Origin: Macrostomum lignano
Taxonomy: Eukaryota
Assembly: GCA_002269645.1 (NCBI GenBank)
Contig: NIVC01000640.1
Coordinates: 372,001-436,000 of the forward strand
DNA length: 64,000 nt
Direction: 5' to 3'
Of the stretch, positions 35,986-47,488 are shown in pieces. The notes below the pieces were generated by a model. The model saw only the letters and a program-made list of their open reading frames with translations. It was not told where the DNA came from and did no database searches. The position numbers and the translations under genes were made by a program. Numbering within the stretch: position 1 is the stretch's first letter; every line of letters begins with the position of its first letter.

Positions 35986-36499
35986 GGCGGACGTCGGGAG
36001 CCAGACCGTCAAGTTAGACGATATACTGGCATCCGTATGTTCCGTCGTCTGTCCATATACGCCTCGTCAAGAAATCGCAACCTCGATGTTGTGCTCGATG
36101 TGGTGGGGCACGCAGAGCACGACGGGCTTCTACGTGTTGACCACCAGGCCCACACTCGCCGCAACCGCAACCACCCCGTCCAGCTCTCGCTGGATGCTTT
36201 CGACGGTTAAGGACTCTAGGTCGAGATCGTCGGAGTAGCCAAGCACGCTGAGCCGTCTGTCTGGTTGGCGTCAACCCATGCTTCGCCGCAGCAGAATGCC
36301 ATCGTAGTAGAAAAAGCATCCCGCAGCACCCAGTTAAGCTCCAAAAAACAGGAACGTCAATAGGATATTGCCCTCGAGCACCCTGAGTATATCTCAAAGA
36401 AGTCCGATAGGCCGTCAGGTGTTAACACAGCAGCTTTACTGTTAGCACACCAGTTAACACACCAGCCTGCTGAACAAGCACTGCAACCTTGGGAGGCAA

Positions 36500-37370
36500 C
36501 GAGGCTGCCTCAGCTCCTCAGTAATGGCGCACCTCCAAGATTGTCTCCATCCCGAAGAAAGGCGCCTCCACTAGCTGGACAACCAGCGGGGCATCGCGCT
36601 AGAAGGCACAACACCGAAGCTGCTGAACGCAATTCTGTGCAACCACCTCCTGCCCGGCCTCAAGTCGCTGCTGCTGAGCCTCCAAAGCGGCTTCCGCCCG
36701 GGCAGGTCCACTACCGACCAGGTTGCCACCATCCGCTCTGTCATCGAGGCCTGCAAGACCCGCCAGCGCTCCGCGTCAATCATCTTCGTCGACTTTTGCA
36801 AGGCGTTTGACTCGGTGTCCAGGCCTGCGATCGCGTGGCTTCTATCTCATATGGCGTACCTGCTGCGCTAGTGAGCGCGGTGATGGATCTCTAACGCGAC
36901 TCCAGGGGTTTTGTCATGTCAAACAACGGCCCCACAAAAGATTTCGGCACCAGCTCAGACGGTTGTGGACTACGTGCTTCGTCGGTCCCACCGCGAGGAT
37001 GACAGCTACTTGCTGGTCTCGCGCCGAAGCTCCACACACCGTGCTGTTTCGCTTCCCGCTCTCGCGGGTTAAGGGAAAGGGTTAGATTCGGTATGGAGTC
37101 GCACTCCATCCTGAGGGCCTATGAGTTTCACAACAGCTGATCGATGCCAAAACGTCGTTCTACCAACGACAGGAGAGCTGCTGTTGTGTGAGCGGAAGCC
37201 TGTCTGACCTCTTCGACACCTCGTCTGGTGTTTGCAACACGCTGACTTTGTTTGTGCTGCTCAGTGTCAGTGTGCTGACCCTGAGAGTGCACTCCATCCC
37301 CAAGCAGTCACCCAGACATCCCACGTACTGTCGCTGTCTGTCTGGCGTTACCCGTCTCTCTTCGTGGGCA
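36500..37370 (+). mobile_element. Degenerate non-LTR reverse transcriptase fragments, repeat unit 1
   Basis: IVSIPKKG...NQRGIAL...LQSGFRPGRSTTDQVATIR...IIFVDFCKAFDSV; later VDYVLRR...LPALA and SDLFDTSSGV. Frameshifted. Confidence 0.85.
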
Positions 37371-37847
37371 AGCCTCCATTGGCTGACTTACCCGCGGTAG
37401 GGTCTGTGTGTCGGGGGCAAGGGGTGAGACTTACGAGCTACATCGCTCTGGCCTAGTATAAGGCTCTTTGTGTCTCCTTTCCCTGCGAAATACGCTCGCT
37501 CCGCTTTCCATATATGCGTAGCAAGCTTTGTTAGTCGCTACAGATCCTTTTAAAATAAGACATCAGCAAGTCATAATAATGCTTCATTTTCACTTGTCAT
37601 GAATGGCTAAAGAGGTTGTTATAAAGCAATAGATAAAAAGCCATGTTTTATATTTAAAAGAAGTTTCTGATTTAACTTTTATTGTAGGTAAAAGTACAAA
37701 AAAGTACATTGGGTAGTTAGTTTAGTGTATCTCTGAATATGATTTTTAGAATGATGGGGCTCTGTGAACATTGTGCCGATGCGATAAAGTTTGCTTGGTC
37801 AGGTCTAATCGTTCTTTTCGTTTCTTTTTGAGCAGCAAAATCTGTGC

Positions 37848-38258
37848 CTAGCTGATCAGCCTGTGCCTTCCAACCACCTGCTGGCAGTTGGGGCAGCGGT
37901 GCTCCGCGTCCTTCAGATCGTCAATACAGAACGGGATGAGGCAGCAGCCGAGCCAGCAGCCAATTAGAATGAGGCCGCCACTGACAAGCCACGGAGCCAA
38001 GCCATTAACGTAGCTCACCGCCGTGGTGATGTGGGCGCGGCAGTGCGGGCACGTCGTCGTCACCGGTTCCTTATTGAATGACACCGCGGCCGCAGGCTGT
38101 TGGACGACAACTTGCACTGATGACTGCTGCGGCTGCTGCTGCATTGGGTAATGCTGCTGCGGAGGAGGATACGGCGCTCCAGTTTGAGGATAGTGCTGCG
38201 GCTGGTAGCCTCCCTGCGAAGCATTGTATGCCGGTGGCGGAGCCTGGCCCTTCTCCAT
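37848..38258 (-). CDS. LITAF: LITAF-domain protein 4 (136 aa)
   Basis: Intact ORF; PPAY; CPHC...HRCPNC. Confidence 0.92.
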   Translation of the reverse strand: MEKGQAPPPAYNASQGGYQPQHYPQTGAPYPPPQQHYPMQQQPQQSSVQVVVQQPAAAVSFNKEPVTTTCPHCRAHITTAVSYVNGLAPWLVSGGLILIGCWLGCCLIPFCIDDLKDAEHRCPNCQQVVGRHRLIS

Positions 38259-39204
38259 GGCTGGCTCTCAACTTGTTTTTCCTGTCTGTGTTATGTGGAA
38301 TCTAATTTTTGCTCAGACTGCGAGCGGTAAATAAGTTCGCTGCCGAATTCAGAGCCCACTTATATTTTGTGTCCGAATGCTGCCTGCCTGTCGCTAGACA
38401 GCAGCAGCCCAAAGATTGGACAGCGTGCTACTCAAAATTTTCTTGAAAATGCGCACAGCATTTCATCTCTCGTCCATTTTGCAACGACTGCATATTATTG
38501 AGCGAGAATCGTGAGCATCTTGTTGGCAAGAACTTTCCGAGTGTAGCTGCTTTAATTGCTTCACATCAATCCTTAAGTTTACTTTACTCGAGTCTGCTAA
38601 CTTTACCAATTAAATGTGCGCATGTCTGTGAGAAGGCGTGCGAAAGGCTTTCCTGGCTCGGTTGTATGATCAGACCAGGGACTTCTTAAGTCCCTGGCCT
38701 GAGTTAAGAAGTCCCTGGCCTGAGCATACAACCGGGGCCAGCTTAAGAAGTCCCATGGCTCAGGCACGTTGTTCGAAGAGTTTTTCATTTCCACGTACTG
38801 TGAGCACAATGCTGGCGGACCGCTTTTCTTTATACTAAATCTTGAGCCGTAGTTAGGTAGAATTTCGGCTTTCTATTTTAGGGCGTTGTTTTTGCGATGC
38901 GATGAGTCAGTAAATACGTGGCTGTTTATTGTACAGCGCTAACTAATAGGTGCGAACAGCTGAAAAAACTCGATGGAAAAAGCTCAATTTTCTTGCGATT
39001 GATGTCAACTACATACTAATGCAGCAATAGCACTGCTCAGATATCAAATCGCAACAATAGCTAGTATGCCTGATGCGCTACAGCCTGCGGCTCTGCTACA
39101 CTGCTTTGATTTGGAAATCCATACACATTGGTAGGTAGCATCTTTATACTAACGCAGATCACAGAGCAGGGTGAACCAGTTAGTTTGCTACTAACTCACT
39201 TTGA

Positions 39205-40975
39205 ATGAATGGCCGATGAATTGAATGAGTCAATGAGCAGCCTTATTTACGCTGGTAGGGCGCCTGCATCTTCCTTACACGACTGTGGGCAGTGCGACTC
39301 AGCGCGGATGATGTGGTCTGCCTACTGGAGTTGCCGACAGCGCAACAGGTCGCTTGGACGGTCCAGACTGTGCACCGTTGGATACTCGCTCGTCGCCGGT
39401 CTTGATTGCGGCGTGCAGCAGGCCAGCGTGCGCCGCGTCAACGTCAACTCGCTGTTCGAGCGATTCAGTCAACGTCCAGGTCTCGGCAGTGTAAAGCAGG
39501 ACGGTCTCGACCACAGTCTGGAACAACACCGTCCTCTGGCGGTCACGTAGGACCTCGGACTGCAAGACTGTTCTCACAGAACTAAAGGCAGGCGGACGTC
39601 GGGAGCCAGACCGTCAAGTTAGACGATATACTGGCATCCGTATGTTCCGTCGTCTGTCCATATACGCCTCGTCAAGAAATCGCAACCTCGATGTTGTGCT
39701 CGATGTGGTGGGGCACGCAGAGCACGACGGGCTTCTACGTGTTGACCACCAGGCCCACACTCGCCGCAACCGCAACCACCCCGTCCAGCTCTCGCTGGAT
39801 GCTTTCGACGGTTAAGGACTCTAGGTCGAGATCGTCGGAGTAGCCAAGCACGCTGAGCCGTCTGTCTGGTTGGCGTCAACCCATGCTTCGCCGCAGCAGA
39901 ATGCCATCGTAGTAGAAAAAGCATCCCGCAGCACCCAGTTAAGCTCCAAAAAACAGGAACGTCAATAGGATATTGCCCTCGAGCACCCTGAGTATATCTC
40001 AAAGAAGTCCGATAGGCCGTCAGGTGTTAACACAGCAGCTTTACTGTTAGCACACCAGTTAACACACCAGCCTGCTGAACAAGCACTGCAACCTTGGGAG
40101 GCAACGAGGCTGCCTCAGCTCCTCAGTAATGGCGCACCTCCAAGATTGTCTCCATCCCGAAGAAAGGCGCCTCCACTAGCTGGACAACCAGCGGGGCATC
40201 GCGCTAGAAGGCACAACACCGAAGCTGCTGAACGCAATTCTGTGCAACCACCTCCTGCCCGGCCTCAAGTCGCTGCTGCTGAGCCTCCAAAGCGGCTTCC
40301 GCCCGGGCAGGTCCACTACCGACCAGGTTGCCACCATCCGCTCTGTCATCGAGGCCTGCAAGACCCGCCAGCGCTCCGCGTCAATCATCTTCGTCGACTT
40401 TTGCAAGGCGTTTGACTCGGTGTCCAGGCCTGCGATCGCGTGGCTTCTATCTCATATGGCGTACCTGCTGCGCTAGTGAGCGCGGTGATGGATCTCTAAC
40501 GCGACTCCAGGGGTTTTGTCATGTCAAACAACGGCCCCACAAAAGATTTCGGCACCAGCTCAGACGGTTGTGGACTACGTGCTTCGTCGGTCCCACCGCG
40601 AGGATGACAGCTACTTGCTGGTCTCGCGCCGAAGCTCCACACACCGTGCTGTTTCGCTTCCCGCTCTCGCGGGTTAAGGGAAAGGGTTAGATTCGGTATG
40701 GAGTCGCACTCCATCCTGAGGGCCTATGAGTTTCACAACAGCTGATCGATGCCAAAACGTCGTTCTACCAACGACACGAGAGCTGCTGTTGTGTCAGCGG
40801 AAGCCTGTCTGACCTCTTCGACACCTCGTCTGGTGTTTGCAACACGCTGACTTTGTTTGTGCTGCTCAGTGTCAGTGTGCTGACCCTGAGAGTGCACTCC
40901 ATCCCCAAGCAGTCATCCAGACATCCCACGTACTGTCGCTGTCTGTCTGGCGTTACCCGTCTCTCTTCGTGGGCA
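39205..40975. mobile_element. LINE fragments (minus-strand 3' end plus plus-strand RT), repeat unit 2
   Basis: Near-identical to 35600-37370. Confidence 0.8.
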
Positions 40976-41452
40976 AGCCTCCATTGGCTGACTTACCCGC
41001 GGTAGGGTCTGTGTGTCGGGGGCAAGGGGTGAGACTTACGAGCTACATCGCTCTGGCCTAGTATAAGGCTCTTTGTGTCTCCTTTCCCTGCGAAATACGC
41101 TCGCTCCGCTTTTCATATATGCGTAGCAAGCTTTGTTAGTCGCTACAGATCCTTGTAAAATAAGACATCAGCAAGTCATAATAATGCTTCATTTTCACTT
41201 GTCATGAATGGCTAAAGAGGTTGTTATAAAGCAATAGATAAAAAGCCATGTTTTATATTTAAAAGAAGTTTCTGATTTAACTTTTATTGTAGGTAAAAGT
41301 ACAAAAAAGTACATTGGGTAGTTAGTTTAGTGTATCTCTGAATATGATTTTTAGAATGATGGGGCTCTGTGAACATTGTGCCGATGCGATAAAGTTTGCT
41401 TGGTCAGGTCTAATCGTTCTTTTCGTTTCTTTTTGAGCAGCAAAATCTGTGC

Positions 41453-41863
41453 CTAGCTGATCAGCCTGTGCCTTCCAACCACCTGCTGGCAGTTGGGGCA
41501 GCGGTGCTCCGCGTCCTTCAGATCGTCAATACAGAACGGGATGAGGCAGCAGCCGAGCCAGCAGCCAATTAGAATGAGGCCGCCACTGACAAGCCACGGA
41601 GCCAAGCCATTAACGTAGCTCACCGCCGTGGTGATGTGGGCGCGGCAGTGCGGGCACGTCGTCGTCACCGGTTCCTTATTGAATGACACCGCGGCCGCAG
41701 GCTGTTGGACGACAACTTGCACTGATGACTGCTGCGGCTGCTGCTGCATTGGGTAATGCTGCTGCGGAGGAGGATACGGCGCTCCAGTTTGAGGATAGTG
41801 CTGCGGCTGGTAGCCTCCCTGCGAAGCATCGTATGCCGGTGGCGGAGCCTGGCCCTTCTCCAT
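41453..41863 (-). CDS. LITAF: LITAF-domain protein 5 (136 aa)
   Basis: Differs from copy 4 by one residue (YN to YD). Confidence 0.92.
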   Translation of the reverse strand: MEKGQAPPPAYDASQGGYQPQHYPQTGAPYPPPQQHYPMQQQPQQSSVQVVVQQPAAAVSFNKEPVTTTCPHCRAHITTAVSYVNGLAPWLVSGGLILIGCWLGCCLIPFCIDDLKDAEHRCPNCQQVVGRHRLIS

Positions 41864-42809
41864 GGCTGGCTCTCAACTTGTTTTTCCTGTCTGTGTTATG
41901 TGGAATCTAATTTTTGCTCAGACTGCGAGCGGTAAATAAGTTCGCTGCCGAATTCAGAGCCCACTTATATTTTGTGTCCGAATGCTGCCTGCCTGTCGCT
42001 AGACAGCAGCAGCCCAAAGATTGGACAGCGTGCTACTCAAAATTTTCTTGAAAATGCGCACAGCATTTCATCTCTCGTCCATTTTGCAACGACTGCATAT
42101 TATTGAGCGAGAATCGTGAGCATCTTGTTGGCAAGAACTTTCCGAGTGTAGCTGCTTTAATTGCTTCACATCAATCCTTAAGTTTACTTTACTCGAGTCT
42201 GCTAACTTTACCAATTAAATGTGCGCATGTCTGTGAGAAGGCGTGCGAAAGGCTTTCCTGGCTCGGTTGTATGATCAGACCAGGGACTTCTTAAGTCCCT
42301 GGCCTGAGTTAAGAAGTCCCTGGCCTGAGCATACAACCGGGGCCAGCTTAAGAAGTCCCATGGCTCAGGCACGTTGTTCGAAGAGTTTTTCATTTCCACG
42401 TACTGTGAGCACAATGCTGGCGGACCGCTTTTCTTTATACTAAATCTTGAGCCGTAGTTAGGTAGAATTTCGGCTTTCTATTTTAGGGCGTTGTTTTTGC
42501 GATGCGATGAGTCAGTAAATACGTGGCTGTTTATTGTACAGCGCTAACTAATAGGTGCGAACAGCTGAAAAAACTCGATGGAAAAAGCTCAATTTTCTTG
42601 CGATTGATGTCAACTACATACTAATGCAGCAATAGCACTGCTCAGATATCAAATCGCAACAATAGCTAGTATGCCTGATGCGCTACAGCCTGCGGCTCTG
42701 CTACACTGCTTTGATTTGGAAATCCATACACATTGGTAGGTAGCATCTTTATACTAACGCAGATCACAGAGCAGGGTGAACCAGTTAGTTTGCTACTAAC
42801 TCACTTTGA

Positions 42810-44580
42810 ATGAATGGCCGATGAATTGAATGAGTCAATGAGCAGCCTTATTTACGCTGGTAGGGCGCCTGCATCTTCCTTACACGACTGTGGGCAGTGC
42901 GACTCAGCGCGGATGATGTGGTCTGCCTACTGGAGTTGCCGACAGCGCAACAGGTCGCTTGGACGGTCCAGACTGTGCACCGTTGGATACTCGCTCGTCG
43001 CCGGTCTTGATTGCGGCGTGCAGCAGGCCAGCGTGCGCCGCGTCAACGTCAACTCGCTGTTCGAGCGATTCAGTCAACGTCCAGGTCTCGGCAGTGTAAA
43101 GCAGGACGGTCTCGACCACAGTCTGGAACAACACCGTCCTCTGGCGGTCACGTAGGACCTCGGACTGCAAGACTGTTCTCACAGAACTAAAGGCAGGCGG
43201 ACGTCGGGAGCCAGACCGTCAAGTTAGACGATATACTGGCATCCGTATGTTCCGTCGTCTGTCCATATACGCCTCGTCAAGAAATCGCAACCTCGATGTT
43301 GTGCTCGATGTGGTGGGGCACGCAGAGCACGACGGGCTTCTACGTGTTGACCACCAGGCCCACACTCGCCGCAACCGCAACCACCCCGTCCAGCTCTCGC
43401 TGGATGCTTTCGACGGTTAAGGACTCTAGGTCGAGATCGTCGGAGTAGCCAAGCACGCTGAGCCGTCTGTCTGGTTGGCGTCAACCCATGCTTCGCCGCA
43501 GCAGAATGCCATCGTAGTAGAAAAAGCATCCCGCAGCACCCAGTTAAGCTCCAAAAAACAGGAACGTCAATAGGATATTGCCCTCGAGCACCCTGAGTAT
43601 ATCTCAAAGAAGTCCGATAGGCCGTCAGGTGTTAACACAGCAGCTTTACTGTTAGCACACCAGTTAACACACCAGCCTGCTGAACAAGCACTGCAACCTT
43701 GGGAGGCAACGAGGCTGCCTCAGCTCCTCAGTAATGGCGCACCTCCAAGATTGTCTCCATCCCGAAGAAAGGCGCCTCCACTAGCTGGACAACCAGCGGG
43801 GCATCGCGCTAGAAGGCACAACACCGAAGCTGCTGAACGCAATTCTGTGCAACCACCTCCTGCCCGGCCTCAAGTCGCTGCTGCTGAGCCTCCAAAGCGG
43901 CTTCCGCCCGGGCAGGTCCACTACCGACCAGGTTGCCACCATCCGCTCTGTCATCGAGGCCTGCAAGACCCGCCAGCGCTCCGCGTCAATCATCTTCGTC
44001 GACTTTTGCAAGGCGTTTGACTCGGTGTCCAGGCCTGCGATCGCGTGGCTTCTATCTCATATGGCGTACCTGCTGCGCTAGTGAGCGCGGTGATGGATCT
44101 CTAACGCGACTACCGGGGTTTTGTCATGTCAAACAACGGCCCCACAAAAGATTTCGGCACCAGCTCAGACGGTTGTGGACTACGTGCTTCGTCGGTCCCA
44201 CCGCGAGGATGACAGCTACTTGCTGGTCTCGCGCCGAAGCTCCACACACCGTGCTGTTTCGCTTCCCGCTCTCGCGGGTTAAGGGAAAGGGTTAGATTCG
44301 GTATGGAGTCGCACTCCATCCTGAGGGCCTATGAGTTTCACAACAGCTGATCGATGCCAAAACGTCGTTCTACCAACGACACGAGAGCTGCTGTTGTGTC
44401 AGCGGAAGCCTGTCTGACCTCTTCGACACCTCGTCTGGTGTTTGCAACACGCTGACTTTGTTTGTGCTGCTCAGTGTCAGTGTGCTGACCCTGAGAGTGC
44501 ACTCCATCCCCAAGCAGTCATCCAGACATCCCACGTACTGTCGCTGTCTGTCTGGCGTTACCCGTCTCTCTTCGTGGGCA
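42810..44580. mobile_element. LINE fragments, repeat unit 3
   Basis: Near-identical to units 1 and 2. Confidence 0.8.
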
Positions 44581-45057
44581 AGCCTCCATTGGCTGACTTA
44601 CCCGCGGTAGGGTCTGTGTGTCGGGGGCAAGGGGTGAGACTTACGAGCTACATCGCTCTGGCCTAGTATAAGGCTCTTTGTGTCTCCTTTCCCTGCGAAA
44701 TACGCTCGCTCCGCTTTTCATATATGCGTAGCAAGCTTTGTTAGTCGCTACAGATCCTTGTAAAATAAGACATCAGCAAGTCATAATAATGCTTCATTTT
44801 CACTTGTCATGAATGGCTAAAGAGGTTGTTATAAAGCAATAGATAAAAAGCCATGTTTTATATTTAAAAGAAGTTTCTGATTTAACTTTTATTGTAGGTA
44901 AAAGTACAAAAAAGTACATTGGGTAGTTAGTTTAGTGTATCTCTGAATATGATTTTTAGAATGATGGGGCTCTGTGAACATTGTGCCGATGCGATAAAGT
45001 TTGCTTGGTCAGGTCTAATCGTTCTTTTCGTTTCTTTTTGAGCAGCAAAATCTGTGC

Positions 45058-45468
45058 CTAGCTGATCAGCCTGTGCCTTCCAACCACCTGCTGGCAGTTG
45101 GGGCAGCGGTGCTCCGCGTCCTTCAGATCGTCAATACAGAACGGGATGAGGCAGCAGCCGAGCCAGCAGCCAATTAGAATGAGGCCGCCACTGATAAGCC
45201 ACGGAGCCAAGCCATTAACGTAGCTCACCGCCGTGGTGATGTGGGCGCGGCAGTGCGGGCACGTCGTCGTCACCGGTTCCTTATTGAATGACACCGCGGC
45301 CGCAGGCTGTTGGACGACAACTTGCACTGATGACTGCTGCGGCTGCTGCTGCATTGGGTAATGCTGCTGCGGAGGAGGATACGGCGCTCCAGTTTGAGGA
45401 TAGTGCTGCGGCTGGTAGCCTCCCTGCGAAGCATTGTATGGCGGTGGCGGAGCCTGGCCCTGCTGCAT
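45058..45468 (-). CDS. LITAF: LITAF-domain protein 6 (136 aa from the ATG at 45468)
   Basis: MQQGQAPPPPY...CPHC...HRCPNC. Confidence 0.92.
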   Translation of the reverse strand: MQQGQAPPPPYNASQGGYQPQHYPQTGAPYPPPQQHYPMQQQPQQSSVQVVVQQPAAAVSFNKEPVTTTCPHCRAHITTAVSYVNGLAPWLISGGLILIGCWLGCCLIPFCIDDLKDAEHRCPNCQQVVGRHRLIS

Positions 45469-46423
45469 GGCTAAAGCTTTCAAGTTATTTGTCCTGTCTG
45501 TGTTATGTAGAATCTAATGTTTGCCCAGACTGCGAGCGGTAACTAAGTTCGCTGCCGATTTCAGAGCTCACTTATATTTTGTGTCAGAATGCTGCCGGCC
45601 TGTTGCTAGACACAATTTTTTTTTCAAAAATGCGCACAGCATTTCATCTCTCTCCTCCATTGTGCGACGGCTGCATAATATTGAGCGAGAATCGTGAGCA
45701 TCTTGTTGGCCAGAGCTTTCCGAGTGTAGCTGCTTTAATTGCTTCACATCAATCCTTAAGTTTACTTTACTCGAGTCTGCTAACAGTACCAATTAAATGT
45801 GCGCTGGGCTGTGAGAATAGTCGTGCGAGACGAGCAGGCTTTCCTGGCTCGGTTGGATGCTCAGGCACATTGCTTGAAGATTTTTTCATTTCTACGCACT
45901 GAGCTCAAAAATGAGGGTAGGGCGGGCAGATCTCGAGCTGTGGAACTTTGGCTTGTTGCCTTGTTGCCTGTTTATTGTACAGCGCCAACTAATAGGTGCG
46001 GACACAGATGCTAGAATAGCAGATACTAGTTATTCTAGTATCTGTGTGTGCGAACAGCTGAAGAAACTCAATGGAAAATGCTCAACTTTTCTGCGATTGA
46101 TGTAATCTACATGTACTAGTAATGTAGAAATATCACTGTTCATTTTGCATATCACAGAAATATGTCTGATGCTCTACAATATAGCCAGGTGTACAACCTG
46201 CTGCTCAAGCTGCCTACAGCTTGTAATATCCAGACACATTGTAAGTAGCATCCGGATACTAAACGCAGATCACAGGGCAGGGTTGAACTGAATAGAGATT
46301 CGACAAGTTAGAAATTTGCTTGTATCTGTGTTAGTTATCGACAATGGAATTCAGTATTTTTAACAGAATATGTAATTTAGCGCCAAATACATGTATAATA
46401 TTAATCATTAACAAATAGTTTAC

Positions 46424-46459
46424 CAAGGACTTCTAGACTAGTTAGTCTAGAAGTCCTTG
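46424..46459. repeat. Near-perfect palindrome (17-bp arms, 2-nt loop)
   Basis: CAAGGACTTCTAGACTA-GT-TAGTCTAGAAGTCCTTG. Confidence 0.85.
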
Positions 46460-47137
46460 TAGTTTACTTTGAGTGGAGCCAGCCAGAGTCTAGCTTTGGG
46501 TGTGATTGTTTAGTTCAAATCGCTGGAGATTCTGCTCGTATGGCAACAAGAAACTTTCGACATTCTTTCGTCTTACGATACCCCACAGCCCAATTAATTA
46601 CTTGCGTCAAATGGAGAATGGTAAGAACGGAAACAGACGAGCAAACTGCAAAAATCTTAATCGTAGCTTACTAGAGCCATTTTAACAAATTGTAAGAGCC
46701 GAGAATTTAGAGTAAGTTTACGAAGTATATTTTGATGCACAATAATTTACGAGCGATTAAATAGTCAGCGATGATAGATCGATTAAAGTGACTCACCCAA
46801 CTGGGGTGGTGGGCATGTACAGAGAAGAAAGCGAGATGCAAGTACATATACTAATAGAGCAGCCCCCACCCCGACGGCCCAAACCAAACGCAACCCTACA
46901 AAATTTTCCATTTAGGGTATCGTATAACGAAAGTGAATATAAGGATCGTGCTCTAGCTAGTAAGCTAGTTAGCTAGTAAGCTAGTAAGCGCGATTTGAAA
47001 CTGGAAAGAGCTTTGGGTTGTATTGGAATACCCGGTACATGTACGCAGTTATGTACAAGCGCGCGAAATTCAACTGTACTCGTACTTTAATCGTACTTTA
47101 AAAATTCCGACGAAGTTACTCACAGCAAAATCTGGAA

Positions 47138-47488
47138 CTAGCAGATCACCTTGTGCCTGCCAATCACCTGCTGGCAGCTGGGGCAGCAGTGCTCCGTGTC
47201 CTTCAGAGTGTTGATGCAGAGCGGGATGAGGCAGCAGCCGAGCATACAGCCAATCAACGCCATACCGCCGCAGACAATCCAAGGAGCGAAGCCATTGATC
47301 TGATTTACCGTCGTGGTGATGTTGGAGCCGCAGTGGGGACACGTGGTCGTCACCGGTTCCTTGTCGAATGATATTGGCTGCATGACCATATTGTACGGTA
47401 CTGGCGGCTGCTGCTGTTGCAGCACTTGTTGGTATTGCTGCTGCTGTATGCATTCCTGCTCGCATTCATTCCTTCCCGCCACTTTAGT
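47138..47488 (-). CDS. LITAF: LITAF-domain protein 7; the exon begins at a splice acceptor and has no upstream in-frame ATG
   Basis: TTGCCACAG/ACT AAA GTG acceptor in phase 0; CPHC...DTEHCCPSC. Confidence 0.88.
   Translation of the reverse strand, partial: TKVAGRNECEQECIQQQQYQQVLQQQQPPVPYNMVMQPISFDKEPVTTTCPHCGSNITTTVNQINGFAPWIVCGGMALIGCMLGCCLIPLCINTLKDTEHCCPSCQQVIGRHKVIC

Larger units (their letters stand above)
34130..45900. repeat. Tandem segmental repeat, period ~3605 bp, carrying four LITAF genes
   Basis: LITAF stop codons at 34245, 37848, 41453, 45058 (spacing 3603/3605/3605). Spacer ORFs repeat almost identically. Confidence 0.95.

Noticed and set aside
36571-36801. MIDAERWRVL resembling the Tc1 N-terminus [10 protein letters not shown]
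   Set aside because: Coincidental; this is the antisense of a clear RT fragment and no TIR is present.
36014-37456. Repeated ORFs in the 3.6-kb unit as a second gene (e.g. 36014-36397, 36723-37085)
   Set aside because: Off-frame or antisense readings of LINE debris; identical only because the unit is recently duplicated.
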